Positions 29,149-42,839 of a stretch of 64,000 nucleotides of DNA are shown piece by piece. Each line of letters opens with the position of its first letter. The first letter of the stretch is position 1. The stretch spans positions 22,129 through 86,128 of the forward strand of contig PWFC01000016.1 of assembly GCA_003554025.1 (NCBI GenBank), given 5' to 3'. The stretch comes from Mollicutes bacterium (lineage in GTDB: Bacteria > Bacillota_I > Bacilli_A > Izemoplasmatales > Izemoplasmataceae). The notes below the pieces were generated by a model. The model did not search any database. It worked only from the letters and a program-made list of their open reading frames with translations, and had not been told where the DNA came from. Both the position numbers and the translations under genes were made by a program.

Positions 29149-30537
29149 ATGCAAGAACATGTGCACGAACATGTGAATATTTGGCAAGAAGTCAAAGGGC
29201 AGCTGGAAATGCAGCTTGAGGACAATACGTACGAGGAAATTTTCAACTCTGTCGATTCAGTGTTCAAGGTGAAGAACAATTTCATCTATCTCCTCGTGGA
29301 AAACGATTTTATCAAGCGGCGCATCGAGCTGCTTTATTTACAGCGTATGAACCGCTTGCTAGAAAATTACGTCGACGAGCGCTACGAATACCGAATCATC
29401 ACCAAAAAACAAGCGGAAGAAGAACTAAACAAAGCCAAATCGTACGATATCCGCACACCCGAAGACGTTGAACAAAAAGAGATGTATGTCCGTTCCAACC
29501 TAAACCCCTCTTATACGTTCAGCAATTTTGTTGTGGGAAACTCCAATCGCCTGGCCTATACCTCTTCTATCAAAGTCGCCGATCAACCGGGCATTGTCGC
29601 CAACCCTTTATACATATTCGGAGACGTCGGGCTTGGAAAAACACACCTTATGCAGTGCGTGGGCAACTACATCCTTGAAGGCGACATCAACAAAAGAGTT
29701 CTCTATGTTAAAGCCGATCAGTTCGTCGAAGATTACGTGCGCTATTCAAGCAAGAAAAAATACAACGAGTTCAACGCAATGTATCGAAACGTCGATGTTT
29801 TGCTTGTGGATGACATCCAGTTTCTTGCCAAAAAAGAGAAATCCCAAGAAGAATTTTTCAAACTCTTTGAACAGCTTCACAACGAGCAAAAACAAATCGT
29901 AATCACATCGGACCGCAAAGCGTCTGATCTTCGCGATATCATGTCACGCTTGACTTCGCGTTTTTCCTGGGGCGTTACGGTCGATATCAACCGCCCCGAC
30001 TTAGACCATCGCATCAAAATTCTTGAAAAGAAACTGATGGCGGAAACCAGCGAAACCAATCTCATGCCCACCAAAGTCATCGAATACATCGCCAGCGTTT
30101 TCGACAACAACGTCCGAGAACTTGAAGGAGCGTTAAAGCGCGTGCTCTTCTATTGTACTGCTTTCGATTACGATTTTACCATAAAAAACGCTGAAATCGC
30201 CTTAGAAAATCTAATAAAACCAAAGCGCCACAACCAAGACTTTGTCCGTGACAAGGTCCGCAACGTACTAAGCGTCGTAAGCGATTATTACAACATCTCC
30301 ACAAGCGATCTTGTTTCGAAAAAACGTGCCCGACAATACCTCTACCCTCGACAAATCTCAATGTACTTAATCAAAGAAATGTTCGACCTCCCCTACAAGC
30401 GCATTGGCTCTTATTTCAGCAATCGTGACCATTCTACCGTGATGCATTCTGTCGAAAAAATCGGCAACGATTTGCAATTGGACAAAGATGTGCATGTAGA
30501 TGTTGAAAAACTGAAGCACAAATGTGGAGAAAAGTGA
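29149..30537 (+). CDS. dnaA: chromosomal replication initiator protein
   Basis: 462 aa. Walker A GLGKTHL, AAA+ fold and a C-terminal DnaA-box-binding domain. Confidence 0.95.
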   Translation: MQEHVHEHVNIWQEVKGQLEMQLEDNTYEEIFNSVDSVFKVKNNFIYLLVENDFIKRRIELLYLQRMNRLLENYVDERYEYRIITKKQAEEELNKAKSYDIRTPEDVEQKEMYVRSNLNPSYTFSNFVVGNSNRLAYTSSIKVADQPGIVANPLYIFGDVGLGKTHLMQCVGNYILEGDINKRVLYVKADQFVEDYVRYSSKKKYNEFNAMYRNVDVLLVDDIQFLAKKEKSQEEFFKLFEQLHNEQKQIVITSDRKASDLRDIMSRLTSRFSWGVTVDINRPDLDHRIKILEKKLMAETSETNLMPTKVIEYIASVFDNNVRELEGALKRVLFYCTAFDYDFTIKNAEIALENLIKPKRHNQDFVRDKVRNVLSVVSDYYNISTSDLVSKKRARQYLYPRQISMYLIKEMFDLPYKRIGSYFSNRDHSTVMHSVEKIGNDLQLDKDVHVDVEKLKHKCGEK

Positions 30538-30584
30538 CAAAAAAACTCGCATAAACCGCTTAAAATATGGTATAATTGTATGGT

Positions 30585-30664
30585 AAAAGGTTGTTTTTCC
30601 ACATTTCCACCGTGCATAATAACCAATAATTAAAAGAATAAAGAAATTATATAGAGGTGATCGC
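30585..30664. promoter_or_regulatory. oriC part 2: DnaA box(es) plus AT-rich unwinding-like stretch between dnaA and dnaN
   Basis: TTTTCCACA at 30595-30603 is followed by ATTTCCACC, then by an AT-rich run of about 45 nt. Confidence 0.65.
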
Positions 30665-31789
30665 ATGCGCATTCAGGTCAACAAAGACAAGCTTCTTTAC
30701 CATCTTCTAATCGCCCAAAAAGCGCTCTCAAGCAAAACCCCGAACCCTGCGCTACAAGGAATCAAGCTTGAAGTGAAAGACGGAACGATGGTTCTGACGA
30801 CCAGCAATTCCGATATCTCCATAAGAGTCCAGCTTGAAGATAACGGTCTGGAAGTGGAAAAAGAGGGAACAGTCTTGGTTCCTGGAAAATATTTCATTGA
30901 GATTGTCCGGAAGCTTGACGGGCAAACGGTTTCTCTTACCGAAGGAGAAGACAACCTTTTACGCATCGAAGCGGACCACTCCGACATAACGTTGAACCTT
31001 TTGGATTTGGAAGACTATCCGGAGCTGCATTTCAAAGAGAAAGAAGATTTCCTTAAAATCAAAGTCCGGACGCTTAAAACAATAATCCGTCAAACCGCTT
31101 TTGCGACCTCTTCTATTGAAAACAGACCAATCCTCACAGGCGTCAACTTCACCATTGATGGCGAAGAACTTGAAGGAGTGGCCACCGACAGCTACCGTTT
31201 GAGCCAGAAAAAGATTTCGCTTGAAGAATCATACGATCCGATGAACGTCGTCATTCCAGGCAAAAGCTTAGAAGAACTTATGAAAATTTTAGAAGACAAT
31301 CAAGAAGAGGTGGAGGTTCATTTCGATCAAAACCGCGTCCTCTTCAAGTACAACAACGTCCTTTTCCTCTCAAGGCTTTTGGAAGGAAACTATCCCGAAA
31401 CCGGAAAACTTATACCTCAGGAATACCCCGTGCAAATCAAATTCAACAAAGAACAACTGATCACCTCTATTGAACGAGCCAGTTTGCTTTCAAGCAGGGA
31501 TGGGCAAAACGCCATTGTCAAACTCAACGTTCGACAAGACAACGTCGTTGAAATATCTTCAAATTCCCCTGAAATCGGTCGTGTGCTCGAAGAGATTCAC
31601 CCGGTCGATGAGATTGTCGGATCGCCCATTAAAATCGCGTTCAGCTCGAAATATGTTCTTGAAGCGTTGAAAGTTTTCAATTCTAGCGAAATTATCGTGA
31701 AATTCACCGGCGAGATACGACCCTTTGTCATGACCGGCGAATACGACGAAGATATGTTGCAACTCGTGCTCCCCGTCAAAACAGATTAA
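30665..31789 (+). CDS. dnaN: DNA polymerase III beta sliding clamp
   Basis: 374 aa. Three-domain beta-clamp family. Confidence 0.95.
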   Translation: MRIQVNKDKLLYHLLIAQKALSSKTPNPALQGIKLEVKDGTMVLTTSNSDISIRVQLEDNGLEVEKEGTVLVPGKYFIEIVRKLDGQTVSLTEGEDNLLRIEADHSDITLNLLDLEDYPELHFKEKEDFLKIKVRTLKTIIRQTAFATSSIENRPILTGVNFTIDGEELEGVATDSYRLSQKKISLEESYDPMNVVIPGKSLEELMKILEDNQEEVEVHFDQNRVLFKYNNVLFLSRLLEGNYPETGKLIPQEYPVQIKFNKEQLITSIERASLLSSRDGQNAIVKLNVRQDNVVEISSNSPEIGRVLEEIHPVDEIVGSPIKIAFSSKYVLEALKVFNSSEIIVKFTGEIRPFVMTGEYDEDMLQLVLPVKTD

Positions 31790-31818
31790 AAAACCACAGA
31801 AATGTGGTTTTTTTTTGG
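31790..31818 (+). terminator. terminator after dnaN
   Basis: AACCACA-GAAA-TGTGGTT hairpin followed by a 9-T run. Confidence 0.75.
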
Positions 31819-31904
31819 CCAATTACGCGCGCGGGCGTTGTCTTTATTATTAACATATAGTATACTACATATAGTAATTATTATATATAAGAAAGAGTGA
31901 TTGG

Positions 31905-32118
31905 ATGAAGACCGTAAAGATCTCAACGCCTTATATAACTTTAGGGCAGTTCTTAAAATATATAGACATCGCGTCATCCGGAGGCGCCGTGAAAAGCATT
32001 CTGCGAGAAAACAAAATACGGGTCGATGGCGAAATCGAAACGCGTCGTGGAAAAAAACTGTATCCTGGATCTACCGTGTCGTTAGAAGACGAAACCGCCT
32101 TCCGCATCGAAGCCGGTC

Positions 32119-32126
<8 letters not shown>
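31905..32126 (+). CDS. yaaA: S4-domain RNA-binding protein YaaA
   Basis: 73 aa. S4-like fold in the conserved position between dnaN and recF. Confidence 0.75.
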
Positions 32127-35110
<2,984 letters not shown>

Positions 35111-35122
35111 GAGCGAAAATAT

Positions 35123-37648
35123 ATGGACGCAATGAAACCGACGGATTTCGATAAGATCAACGACATCAACATCAGCAGCGAAATGAAAACATCGTTCATG
35201 TCTTACGCCATGAGCGTCATTGTTTCCCGCGCCCTTCCCGATGTGCGAGACGGCATGAAACCCGTCCACCGAAGAATTCTTTACGGCATGGAAGAGTTGG
35301 GCGTGCTGCCTGAAAAATCCTACAAAAAATCGGCCCGCATCGTCGGGGATGTCATGGGTAAATACCATCCCCACGGCGATTTGGCCATTTACGACGCCAT
35401 GGTGCGCATGGCCCAAGTTTTTTCCTATCGCTACCCTTTGGTCAACGGGCACGGAAACTTCGGTTCCGTCGACGGCGACGGGGCGGCGGCGATGCGCTAC
35501 ACCGAAGCGAAGATGAGCAAAATCTCCGTAGAGATGCTCAAAGACATCCGCAAAGAAACGGTAGATTTTGAAGAAAACTACGACGGGACCGAAAAAGAAC
35601 CCACGGTTTTGCCGGCGAAATTCCCTAATTTGCTAGTCAATGGTGCAACCGGCATCGCCGTAGGCATGGCGACCAACATTCCGCCGCATAATCTCACCGA
35701 AATCGTGAACGGCATTTTGGCCTACATAGACAACAACGATTTGACCTTGGACGATTTGATGGAGCACATCCAAGGACCCGATTTCCCAACAGGGGCAACC
35801 GTCACCGGCGTTTCCAGTTTGCGCGAAGCGTATGAAAGCGGTTCAGGGTCAATCAAAGTCCGAGCCAAGGCCGACATCACAAAAACATCCACCGGAAAAC
35901 AAGTCATCACAGTCACCGAAATTCCCTATCAGGTCAACAAAACCCGCCTAATTGAGAAAATCGCCGACTTGGCCAAGGAAAAACGCATTGAAGGCATCAC
36001 GGACCTACGCGACGAATCCAATCGAGACGGCATCAAGATCATCATTGAACTGCGAAAGGACGTCAACGCCGAAGTAACCCTAAACAATCTTTACAAGCAC
36101 ACGCCATTGCAAACGTCTTTCGGCATAAACATGCTGGCGCTTGTGGATGGGAGACCGCAAGTTCTTTCGCTCAAAGACACCATCCGGCACTACGTCGACC
36201 ACCAAGTCGAAGTTTTGACTCGCAAAACGGTCTACGACCTCGACAAGGCCCGCGCCCGTGCCCATATCCTTGAAGGCCTCTTGCGCGCCCTCTCCGATAT
36301 TGACGCGGTGATCGAGGTCATCAAACAAGCTTACGACGACGCCGAAGAACAATTGATGGAAAAATTTTCGATGAGCGAAGCCCAAGCGAAAGCAATTCTT
36401 GAGATGAGGCTTCGCAAACTTACCGGCCTTGAGCGAGAAAAAATCGACCAAGAACTAAAAGATCTCCGGGAAAAAATCACCGAATACGAAGCCATCCTCG
36501 CCAGCGAAGAGAAAAAGCTTGAAACCATCAAAGAGGACTTAATCGCCATTCGCGACCAGTACGGAGACGATCGACGAACCTCGATATCTTTGGCCCTTGA
36601 TCTCGACCTTGAAGACGAGGACCTGATTCCCGAAGAGGACGTCATCATCACCATTACCCAAGCGGAATACTGCAAACGGATGAACGCTGAAACCTATCGC
36701 ACGCAAAACCGCGGCGGCAAAGGTATGACGGGCATCAAGATGCATGACGACGATGCGGTCGAACACATCGTATACACCTCGACCCACGATTACTTGCTGT
36801 TTTTCACGAACTATGGCCGTGTTTACAAAATCAAAGGGTACAAGATTCCCGTCTTCGGACGCACTTCGAAAGGCTTGCCTCTTGTGAACATCCTCGAACT
36901 TGAAGAAGGAGAAACTTTGCAGGCCGTCGCCCCCATCAAAAGCTTTGACGACGACCAGTATCTTTTCTTCGTCACCAAAAACGGCTTGGTCAAACGCACC
37001 AACACAAACGAATATCAAAACATACGTTCTTCAGGCATTCGCGCCATCAATTTGCGCGAAAACGATGAATTGCTTGATGTGAAGCTGACACATGGCGATC
37101 AAGACATCGTCATCGGCGCAAGCAACGGAAAAGCGATTCGTTTCAATGAAAACGACGCTCGTCCGATGGGCCGCGTCGCGACCGGTGTTCGGGGCATCAA
37201 ACTGGCTCCGAAAAACCAAGTCGTCGGCGCCGCGCTGGTTGAAGACGAAGAGTGCGAGATATTGATTGTTACCGAAAACGGCTACGGAAAGAGAACCAAA
37301 GTCGGCGAGTACCGCACGCAAAACCGCGGAGGCAAAGGCGTCAAAACGTTGAACATAACCGATAAAAACGGACAACTCGTACGCTTAAAAGGCGTCCGAG
37401 GCGACGAAGACCTCATTCTCTTTACCGACAAGGGCACAATGATTCGCATGCCCATTTCGCAAATCTCCTGCAGTTCCCGCGCCACACAAGGCGTAAGGCT
37501 GATGCGTCTTCACGAGGATCACACCATCGCCAGCGTCGCCGTCGTTCCCGCTCATGAGAACGAAGAGGACCCAACGGATGAGGAAACCGAAACGATGGAA
37601 GAAACCGTCATGGAATCCTTGCTCGAAGATGCGCCTGAAGAATCTTAA
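35123..37648 (+). CDS. gyrA: DNA gyrase subunit A
   Basis: 841 aa. It has the catalytic Tyr region (AAMRYTE) and a beta-pinwheel CTD. The C-terminal tail is acidic. Confidence 0.95.
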   Translation: MDAMKPTDFDKINDINISSEMKTSFMSYAMSVIVSRALPDVRDGMKPVHRRILYGMEELGVLPEKSYKKSARIVGDVMGKYHPHGDLAIYDAMVRMAQVFSYRYPLVNGHGNFGSVDGDGAAAMRYTEAKMSKISVEMLKDIRKETVDFEENYDGTEKEPTVLPAKFPNLLVNGATGIAVGMATNIPPHNLTEIVNGILAYIDNNDLTLDDLMEHIQGPDFPTGATVTGVSSLREAYESGSGSIKVRAKADITKTSTGKQVITVTEIPYQVNKTRLIEKIADLAKEKRIEGITDLRDESNRDGIKIIIELRKDVNAEVTLNNLYKHTPLQTSFGINMLALVDGRPQVLSLKDTIRHYVDHQVEVLTRKTVYDLDKARARAHILEGLLRALSDIDAVIEVIKQAYDDAEEQLMEKFSMSEAQAKAILEMRLRKLTGLEREKIDQELKDLREKITEYEAILASEEKKLETIKEDLIAIRDQYGDDRRTSISLALDLDLEDEDLIPEEDVIITITQAEYCKRMNAETYRTQNRGGKGMTGIKMHDDDAVEHIVYTSTHDYLLFFTNYGRVYKIKGYKIPVFGRTSKGLPLVNILELEEGETLQAVAPIKSFDDDQYLFFVTKNGLVKRTNTNEYQNIRSSGIRAINLRENDELLDVKLTHGDQDIVIGASNGKAIRFNENDARPMGRVATGVRGIKLAPKNQVVGAALVEDEECEILIVTENGYGKRTKVGEYRTQNRGGKGVKTLNITDKNGQLVRLKGVRGDEDLILFTDKGTMIRMPISQISCSSRATQGVRLMRLHEDHTIASVAVVPAHENEEDPTDEETETMEETVMESLLEDAPEES

Positions 37649-37666
37649 AACGTTTAGGCTGAGCGA

Positions 37667-37695
37667 TTGACAAAGACCTTTGGATTTGCTACACT
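37667..37695 (+). promoter_or_regulatory. sigma-A promoter for serS leader
   Basis: TTGACA (37667-37672), a 17-nt spacer, then TACACT (37690-37695). Confidence 0.6.
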
Positions 37696-37699
37696 TTAC

Positions 37700-37920
37700 G
37701 TATCAAAGCGATGAAGAGGCCAAGTAGTCTTCAATAAACCTTCAAAGAGAGCCGGTGGCGCTGCGAACCGGCAGGTCGGAAGACGAAATCTACCTTGGAG
37801 CGGAAGCAAACCTTCCCGGTTTCGTGCCGTTAACACGACTGAGTGGGTGCTTTATGCACCAACCGGGGTGGCAACACGGGTATAAGACTCGTCCCTTCAG
37901 GGGCGAGTTTTTTTATTCAA
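37700..37920 (+). promoter_or_regulatory. T-box riboswitch leader of serS
   Basis: The conserved T-box sequence AACCGGGGTGGCAACACGGG is at 37861-37880. An intrinsic terminator GACTCGTCCC-TTCA-GGGGCGAGTTTTTTT overlaps its 3' half. Confidence 0.75.
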
Positions 37921-37942
37921 ACAACCGGCAATCAAAGGAGGA

Positions 37943-39223
37943 ATGACGATGCTGGACATAAGATATGTACGCGAGCATTTGGATGAAGTGATCGAGCGAC
38001 TCAACAAACGAGGTGAAGATTTTTCACACCTTAGGGATTTGGTTGAAGCCGACGAAAAAAGGCGGAGCCATATCGCCCAAATCGAGTCCTTGAAAGCCAA
38101 AAGAAACGAAATCAGCAAAAAAATCGGCGCCTACAAGCGGGAAGGAAAAGATTCCGCCCCCTTGCTTAAAGAGGTGGAAAGCGGAAAAGCGCAAATCCGC
38201 GAACTTGAAGAGAAGCTGGATGAACTAGAAAACCACATCAAAAACACGCTGCTGAACACGCCCAACCTTCCGCATAAGGACATTCCCCACGGGAAAGACG
38301 ACTCCGAAAACGTGGAATTACGAAAATGGGGGGAGAAGACGTCTTTCGATTTTGAAGTCAAACCGCACTGGGACATCGCGGCGGCGCTTGACATCCTCGA
38401 CTTTGACCGAGCCGCAAAAATGGCGGCTAGCCGATTCGTGGTGTATAAAGACCTTGGGGCACGTCTTGAACGGGCGCTCATCAATTTCATGATGGACATG
38501 CACGCCAACGAACATGGATACCGGGAAATATTGCTCCCCTATATCGTCAACGAAACGTCCATGATGGCGACCGGACAATTCCCGAAATTCACCGACGACG
38601 CATTCAAACTCACCGACGAACGCGGCCTTTATCTCAACCCCACCGCCGAAGTCCCGGGCATCAACATGCACCGCGACGAAATTCTCTCCGCAGAGGATTT
38701 GCCCATACAGTATGTCGCCTTCACCACCGCGTTTCGACAAGAAGCCGGAAGCGCCGGCCGAGATACAAGAGGCATTATCCGTCAGCATCAATTCAACAAG
38801 GTCGAGCTCATCAAGTTCGCAACGCCCGACACTTCTTACGATGAACTGGAGAAAATGCTTGAAAACAGCGAAAACGTCTTAAAAGCGTTGAATCTTCCCT
38901 ACCGTGTTGTGGAAATATGTTCCGGCGATCTCGGCTTCGCCATGGCCAAGACCTATGACATCGAAGTCTATATTCCCTCGTACGACACGTACCGTGAAAT
39001 CGGCAGCATCTCAAACGCCGAAGATTTCCAAGCACGAAGAGGAAACATCCGTTATCGTCCCCAAAAAGGCAGCAAGCCGGAACTATTGCACACGTTGAAC
39101 GGATCCGGGCTTGCCGTAGGCCGCACGGTTGTGGCCATACTGGAAAACTACCAACAAAAAGACGGTTCCGTGAAAGTGCCCGAAGCCTTAGTGCCTTACA
39201 TGAACACGGACGTCATCAAATAG
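37943..39223 (+). CDS. serS: seryl-tRNA synthetase
   Basis: 426 aa. It has an N-terminal coiled-coil arm and class II motifs. Confidence 0.9.
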   Translation: MTMLDIRYVREHLDEVIERLNKRGEDFSHLRDLVEADEKRRSHIAQIESLKAKRNEISKKIGAYKREGKDSAPLLKEVESGKAQIRELEEKLDELENHIKNTLLNTPNLPHKDIPHGKDDSENVELRKWGEKTSFDFEVKPHWDIAAALDILDFDRAAKMAASRFVVYKDLGARLERALINFMMDMHANEHGYREILLPYIVNETSMMATGQFPKFTDDAFKLTDERGLYLNPTAEVPGINMHRDEILSAEDLPIQYVAFTTAFRQEAGSAGRDTRGIIRQHQFNKVELIKFATPDTSYDELEKMLENSENVLKALNLPYRVVEICSGDLGFAMAKTYDIEVYIPSYDTYREIGSISNAEDFQARRGNIRYRPQKGSKPELLHTLNGSGLAVGRTVVAILENYQQKDGSVKVPEALVPYMNTDVIK

Positions 39224-39233
39224 GAGGAAAAAC

Positions 39234-40607
39234 ATGTTGAAAAAACAAGACGGTTTCACCCCGAACAAAGAATCGAAAAACATCGTGCTGTTTCAAAACC
39301 CTGACTCCGAGCTTTTCCAAACCCTCAACGACAAATTGAACCAAAAGCTATCTTCGCTTGACGCATCAAAAATGCACACCGTGCACACTTTGGAAAATTT
39401 GCCCATGGAAAAGGTTTATCTTCTCGGCGGGAAAACCTTCGAGGATTCGGAAAAACGCGATAAGACGTTGAAACAAGTATGCGACATCGAAGAGGAAACC
39501 CTGATTCTATTGGATACTTTTCCCGCAGAGTCCATCTCGCTTGCCATCGAAAAAACGCTATATCACCTTTATCGCTTCAACCGCTTCAAACAAAAAGACA
39601 AAAAAGACGAAGCGGTTGTATATTACACGGTTTCACAAGAACATGAAGACGCCGTAAACGAAGGGTTTGTCTTTGGCGAAGCCATCAACAACACCAGAGA
39701 ACTCGTCAACACTCCGTACAATTTTCTCAATGCGGAAAAACTCGCCGAATACGCAAAGAATCTTGAACGTTTCGAAAATATCAAGGTTCGGATACTTGAA
39801 AAAGGGGATTGCGAACAATTGAACATGGGCGCTTATCTAGGAGTCAACGCCGGCAGCAAAGACGCCCCGAAATTCATTCACGTTGAATACGAAAACGCTC
39901 CCGACAGCAAAGAAAAGACCGCGTTGGTCGGCAAGGGCATCATGTATGATACCGGCGGCTATTCCCTAAAATCCGTTAAAGGCATGCCGACGATGAAATG
40001 CGACATGGGCGGCGCGGCCACCGTGCTTGGCGCGATCGAAGCCATCGCCCGCATGGGATACAAAGCCAACGTCAGCGTCATGATCGCCGCCACCGACAAT
40101 CGCATTGGCGATCATGCCCATGTTCCCGATGATATCCTGAGAGCCGCATCGGGGCACACCATCGAAATCATCTCCACCGACGCAGAAGGACGGCTGACAT
40201 TGGCCGACGCCCTTTGGTACGCTCAAGAAAAAGGCGCAAGCCGCATCGTTGACATCGCCACATTAACCGGCGGCGTCGTGGCCGCTTTGGGGACTTACCA
40301 TACCGGAGCCTTCACAAACAACGAAGACTTCTACTCTTTGTTGTCTCAGACCGCAAAAGACTCGAATGAAAAGATATGGCGCTTACCCGTCGACAAGGCG
40401 CATCACGACACCTTGAAAAGTCCGTACGCCGATATCAAAAACAGCGGAGGACGCATGGCGGCGGCTTCTGTGGCCGCGGCATTCCTCGAAACATTCGTCC
40501 AAAAGGACATCCCTTGGATTCATCTGGACATTGCAGGGACGGCGTACGAAGAGAAAAAAGGCGCTAGCGGCGTGATGGTCAAGACTTTGGCGAAAATGTT
40601 TGCATAA
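39234..40607 (+). CDS. pepA: M17 leucyl aminopeptidase
   Basis: 457 aa with the NTDAEGRL signature. Confidence 0.8.
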   Translation: MLKKQDGFTPNKESKNIVLFQNPDSELFQTLNDKLNQKLSSLDASKMHTVHTLENLPMEKVYLLGGKTFEDSEKRDKTLKQVCDIEEETLILLDTFPAESISLAIEKTLYHLYRFNRFKQKDKKDEAVVYYTVSQEHEDAVNEGFVFGEAINNTRELVNTPYNFLNAEKLAEYAKNLERFENIKVRILEKGDCEQLNMGAYLGVNAGSKDAPKFIHVEYENAPDSKEKTALVGKGIMYDTGGYSLKSVKGMPTMKCDMGGAATVLGAIEAIARMGYKANVSVMIAATDNRIGDHAHVPDDILRAASGHTIEIISTDAEGRLTLADALWYAQEKGASRIVDIATLTGGVVAALGTYHTGAFTNNEDFYSLLSQTAKDSNEKIWRLPVDKAHHDTLKSPYADIKNSGGRMAAASVAAAFLETFVQKDIPWIHLDIAGTAYEEKKGASGVMVKTLAKMFA

Positions 40608-40608
40608 A

Positions 40609-40636
40609 AAAAGGCGAAAATTTCGCCTTTTTTTTA
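40609..40636. terminator. bidirectional terminator (pepA / HIT)
   Basis: A-run, GGCGAAA-A-TTTCGCC hairpin, then a T-run. Confidence 0.75.
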
Positions 40637-41053
40637 CATCGCGTTTAACGCTTTGGTAATCGCTTCTTGAACTTCTAGATAATCTTCTTTTTTATAATCG
40701 TTTTGGCGGTCGATTGTGGTGAGCGTCATACCGTCGTTTTCATAACGGGGGATTAAGTGGACATGAAAATGAAACACGCTTTGAAGCGGCTTGTCGTTGT
40801 TGTTGATTACGTTTAAGCCAATGGGGTTGAACGCTTTTTTAAGCGCGTTGGCTATTTTCGGGATTCGGCTGAAGATTGCTTCAGCGTCTTCTTCGCTTAA
40901 TTCATAGATGTTTTTGACGTGCTTCTTGGGCACAACGAGGGTATGGCCTTTGGTGCCTTGGGTAATGTCCAAAAACGCAAAAATTTGGTTGTCTTCGTAC
41001 AGTTTGTAAGAGGGGATGTCGCCCTTGATGATTTTGCAAAAGATACAGTCCAT
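40634..41053 (-). CDS. HIT-family (Hint) nucleotide hydrolase
   Basis: 139 aa with the histidine triad HFHVHLIP. Confidence 0.75.
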   Translation of the reverse strand: MDCIFCKIIKGDIPSYKLYEDNQIFAFLDITQGTKGHTLVVPKKHVKNIYELSEEDAEAIFSRIPKIANALKKAFNPIGLNVINNNDKPLQSVFHFHVHLIPRYENDGMTLTTIDRQNDYKKEDYLEVQEAITKALNAM

Positions 41054-41057
41054 GAGA

Positions 41058-41717
41058 CTACCTCCCTTGTTCTTTTTTAATGATGGTGTATATGTCGTCC
41101 GGAGTGTTCAATATGTAGTCCGCTCCGGCATCTTCCAAAACTTGACGGCCTTTGATGCTCCAACCTACGCCGGCGCTTATAACACCCGCGTTTTTGCCCG
41201 CGGCGATATCGCCGGGGTTGTCCCCGATCATGATGACTTGTTCTGCGTTGGGAAAGCATTCCAACGCTTTGTATACGCTCTCCGGGTCGGGTTTTGGGCG
41301 TTTGACTTGATCCAAAGTAACCACGCAATCGAAAAGTTTGTGCAATCCGAAATGCTCGATGCTCGGTTGGGCGGATTCTTCGAATTTGCTGGTTACAATG
41401 GCTAAGTTGTATCCTTTGTTTTTCAACGCTTTTAGCAAGTGCAAGATTCCATCGTACAACTTGAAGTGCTCTTGTTCATGTTTACGGTAATAATACAAAT
41501 AGCTGTCGATCAACCGCTGCAAATGCTCCTCGTTTTCGGCGTAATGAGAGAGCGTGTCCTCTAATGTCGGCCCTATCTGCTCGACAATCTTGTCGCGAGA
41601 GATGTTACGGTTGGGAACGTTTTTTTGGTACGTATATTGGTAGCTTTGAATAATAATTTCGTTCGAATCTACGATGGTGCCGTCCAAATCGAAAAGGAAT
41701 GTGTTGAGTTTTGTCAT
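41058..41717 (-). CDS. HAD-IA family hydrolase (PpaX/phosphoglycolate-phosphatase-like)
   Basis: 219 aa with an N-terminal DLDGTIVDS motif. Confidence 0.7.
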   Translation of the reverse strand: MTKLNTFLFDLDGTIVDSNEIIIQSYQYTYQKNVPNRNISRDKIVEQIGPTLEDTLSHYAENEEHLQRLIDSYLYYYRKHEQEHFKLYDGILHLLKALKNKGYNLAIVTSKFEESAQPSIEHFGLHKLFDCVVTLDQVKRPKPDPESVYKALECFPNAEQVIMIGDNPGDIAAGKNAGVISAGVGWSIKGRQVLEDAGADYILNTPDDIYTIIKKEQGR

Positions 41718-41821
41718 CTAATCACCTACAACCATTCTAACACGGATGGCAGAAAAGGTCACACTAACGATTGTAAATAGGGCGGAAATTTACTATAATA
41801 AGCTTGATAAGGAGTGATGTT

Positions 41822-42775
41822 ATGTCAATTATAGAGGCACTAAAAGAAAGGGTCCAAGGAAAAGACATCCGAATCGTTTTTCCTGAACCGGAAGACAAAA
41901 GAATTGCCCAAGCGGCCAACAAATTGGCGGCCGAGGGAGTTTTAACACCGATACTTGTCGGGGACCCTGCGACAATCGAAGAAGATGTTTCGGCATGCGA
42001 AGTGATCAACCCTGAGACATCGGAACTTTATAACGAATTAGTCCAAGCCTTGGTTGAAAGACGCGCAGGAAAGTGCACATACGAAGAAGCGCAAGAGCTT
42101 TTAAAAAAACCGAATTATTTCGGCACGATGTTGGTGTATACGAACCGCGCAGAAGGTCTTGTTAGCGGTGCGGCTCATTCTACCGGAGACACCGTCCGAC
42201 CGGCGCTGCAAATCATCAAGACCAAACCGGACGTTTCTAAAACGTTTGGGTATTTCCTCATGGTACGGGGCGAAGAAAAATATATCATGGCCGATTGCGC
42301 CATAAACCCCGAACCTGAAGCCGCCGACTTGGCCGAATTCGCCATTGAAAGCGGAAAAGCCGCAAAAATGTTCGGGCTGGACCCAAAAGTCGCGCTTTTG
42401 TCTTTTTCCACGAATGGCAGCGCCGTAACCGACGATACCAAAAAAGTCGTCAAAGCGGTCCGGTTGGCGCAAAAGAAAAACCCGTCATTTCCTGTTGATG
42501 GAGAAATGCAATTCGACGCCGCTTTTGTCCAAAGCGTAGGCGAGAAGAAGTTCCCGGGAAGCTCCGTGGCAGGGAAAGCCAACACATTCATTTTCCCGGA
42601 TCTGAATGCCGGAAACATCGGATACAAAATCGCACAGCGTTTGGGCAATTTTGAGGCCATGGGCCCCATCCTCGCCGGGTTGAACAAACCGGTGAACGAC
42701 CTCTCCCGTGGATGTTCTGTAGAGGATGCTTATAACACCGCCATCATCACCGCGGCGCAAAGCGTGATGGAATAA
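41822..42775 (+). CDS. pta: phosphate acetyltransferase
   Basis: About 317 aa. Pta family. The start at MSIIEALKE is preceded by an AAGGAG SD. Confidence 0.85.
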   Translation: MSIIEALKERVQGKDIRIVFPEPEDKRIAQAANKLAAEGVLTPILVGDPATIEEDVSACEVINPETSELYNELVQALVERRAGKCTYEEAQELLKKPNYFGTMLVYTNRAEGLVSGAAHSTGDTVRPALQIIKTKPDVSKTFGYFLMVRGEEKYIMADCAINPEPEAADLAEFAIESGKAAKMFGLDPKVALLSFSTNGSAVTDDTKKVVKAVRLAQKKNPSFPVDGEMQFDAAFVQSVGEKKFPGSSVAGKANTFIFPDLNAGNIGYKIAQRLGNFEAMGPILAGLNKPVNDLSRGCSVEDAYNTAIITAAQSVME

Positions 42776-42839
42776 AAGCTCGTTTGAGCGAGCTTTTTCT
42801 TTTCGATTTCTTGATTGAAAATTGACAGAAGGTGAAAAA

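Noticed and set aside
31819-31904. AT-rich segment with 10-bp palindrome TAGTATACTA between dnaN and yaaA
   Set aside because: It is most simply a promoter/UP-element region for yaaA-recF. The palindrome is short and AT-only, so it could easily occur by chance in AT-rich DNA.
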